DNA of 64,000 bases from Thermoplasmata archaeon (GTDB lineage: Archaea; Thermoplasmatota; Thermoplasmata; Lutacidiplasmatales; UBA184), in the NCBI GenBank assembly GCA_027315165.1, contig DAHUYN010000003.1:95846-159845 (forward strand), in the 5' to 3' direction. The notes under the pieces are model-generated. The model saw only the letters and a program-made list of their open reading frames with translations. It had not been told where the DNA came from and did no database searches. Shown piece after piece: positions 62,799 through 64,000 of the stretch. The translations under genes were made by a program, and so were the position numbers. The stretch's first letter is position 1. Each line of letters begins with the position of its first letter.

Positions 62799-64000
62799 GT
62801 GGACCCGAGGCTGTCGCAGGTGCTGCGAGAGTACGAGCGCCGCACGCCGAAGTCGGCCAAGCTCTGGGAGCACGCGAAGGTCTGGTCGCCGCTCGGGGTC
62901 CACAGCAACTACCGGTACCTCGAGCCGTACCCGTTCTACGTCCTCCGGGGCCGCGGCACCCACCTCTGGGACGCCGACAACAACGACCTTCTGGACTTCA
63001 ACATGGGGTTCGGCGGCCTCCAGAGCGGCCACGCCCACCCGAAGCTCGTCGAGGCGATGCGCGCCCAGCTCGAGGACGGCTCGCTCTACGGCTACGAGTG
63101 GCACCGCACCCCCGAGGTCGCCGAGCAGCTCTGCCGGCGCTTCGGGATGGACCAGGTCCGCTTCAGCTCGACGGGGCTCGAGGCGACGCACCACGCCTCC
63201 CGCATCGCGCGCGCCGTCACGGGGCACCGCTACCTCCTCAAGTTCGAGGGCTCCTACCACGGCTCCCACGACACCCTCCTGGTCGGCGTCAAACCGCGCG
63301 CCGAGGTCGCGGGACCGGCGGACCGGCCGCACTCGGTGCCCGCGGGGCCCGGCATCCTCACCGAGATCGCGGAGCGGACCCGTGTGGCCCCGTACAACGA
63401 CCTCGAGGCGACCCGCGAGATCGCGCGAGAGCACGCCGAGGACATCGCGGGGATCGTCGTCGAGCCGATCGCGATGAACATGGGGTTCATCCTGCCCGAG
63501 AAGGGGTTCCTCGAGGGGCTGCGCGAGCTCGCCGACGAGCTCGGCGCCCTCCTCATCTTCGACGAGATCAAGACCGGCGCGAAGTACCCGCACGGCGGCG
63601 CCGGCCGGATGGGCGTGCGCCCGGACCTGATGCTCTTGGGGAAGTCGATCGCCTGCGGCGCCCCCGTCTCGGCGATCGCGGCCCGCCGGGGGATCCTCGA
63701 CAACGTCGGGCCGAGGAAGATCGCGCACGCCGGCACCTTCAACTCGAACCCGGTGTCGATGGCCTGCGCGCTCGCGACGCTCGAGCACATCCTCACCGAG
63801 GAGAACCTCGCGCGCTCCGCGCGGCTGAACGCGCGGCTCGCCAAGGGCTACGAGGAGGTCTTCCGCGACCACCACGTGACGGCGCACGTCGCCGCCGACG
63901 GCCCCTCGGGGACGGTCTTCTTCTCCGACCACCCGGTGCACGACTGGCGGAGCTTCCTCACCGTGGACGGCGACCGATCGATGCTCTACTACTACGCCTG
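62799..64000 (+). CDS. Glutamate-1-semialdehyde aminomutase-like class III aminotransferase, 3' end beyond window
   Basis: This ORF is not in the track because it runs off the window end. My translation gives LDFNMGFGGLQSGHAHP, FSSTGLEATHHASRIAR, IFDEIKTG and LLGKSIACG. Track ORFs 62718..63941 and 63254..63844 are antisense shadows of it. Confidence 0.8.
   Translation, partial: MDPRLSQVLREYERRTPKSAKLWEHAKVWSPLGVHSNYRYLEPYPFYVLRGRGTHLWDADNNDLLDFNMGFGGLQSGHAHPKLVEAMRAQLEDGSLYGYEWHRTPEVAEQLCRRFGMDQVRFSSTGLEATHHASRIARAVTGHRYLLKFEGSYHGSHDTLLVGVKPRAEVAGPADRPHSVPAGPGILTEIAERTRVAPYNDLEATREIAREHAEDIAGIVVEPIAMNMGFILPEKGFLEGLRELADELGALLIFDEIKTGAKYPHGGAGRMGVRPDLMLLGKSIACGAPVSAIAARRGILDNVGPRKIAHAGTFNSNPVSMACALATLEHILTEENLARSARLNARLAKGYEEVFRDHHVTAHVAADGPSGTVFFSDHPVHDWRSFLTVDGDRSMLYYYA

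Noticed and set aside
62718-63941. A 407-aa minus-strand ORF (and nested 63254..63844).
   Set aside because: It is antisense to a plus-strand frame with clear class III aminotransferase motifs (FDEIKTG, LGKSIACG). That frame runs off the window end and so is absent from the track.
1-64000. CRISPR arrays, rRNA genes, and intact IS elements or transposases.
   Set aside because: I saw no regularly spaced direct repeats, no rRNA-like conserved stretches and no transposase motifs. The only recombinase signal is the truncated integrase at 51992..52228.

Overview
This is a very GC-rich (by eye about 70%) archaeal chromosomal segment, most consistent with a Thermoplasmatota-like euryarchaeon. Supporting markers are aSUI1, an A/V-ATPase subunit I homologue, thermopsin (peptidase A5), a pilin with a class III signal peptide, and an intron-containing tRNA-Trp with a bulge-helix-bulge splice motif. 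TATA-like boxes also sit about 25 nt upstream of many start codons, suggesting leaderless mRNAs. I call about 60 CDS or gene remnants and 2 tRNAs. I saw no rRNA, CRISPR array or intact transposase.

Housekeeping and metabolic genes include uvrB, a BtuFCD/Fec-type ABC importer, aconitase, Amt, a GltD-like oxidoreductase, an M3 peptidase and an omega-aminotransferase/MMSDH cluster. They are interspersed with an unusual density of large, NxS/T-rich surface proteins anchored by a C-terminal TM helix. These comprise a multidomain thermopsin, two Kelch-propeller proteins with PKD/Ig stalks and an S-layer-like protein.

The observations most worth a second look are:
1. A membrane-spanning PKD-TM-wHTH one-component regulator, divergent from a Kelch/PKD giant gene through a shared TATA box and overlapping palindromes.
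2. A tightly packed pilin / DMT transporter / class III nucleotide cyclase / DsbA-like operon.
3. A degraded integrated element next to tRNA-Ala. It carries an integrase remnant, a translationally coupled operon of two paralogous small basic proteins (one frameshifted at a G-run) plus a membrane protein, and a truncated PKD-anchor cassette.
4. A GcvH-like (lipoyl Lys to Arg) / TusA-like fusion abutting a rhodanese.
5. A multiply frameshifted gene remnant at 29.1-30.0 kb.
6. An orphan ATPase subunit I paired with UspA.

The many long R/P/G-rich ORFs in the track are antisense or off-frame shadows of GC-rich genes. All family assignments come from motif recognition by eye, not database searches. 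Coordinates of re-assigned starts were derived arithmetically from the ORF track.
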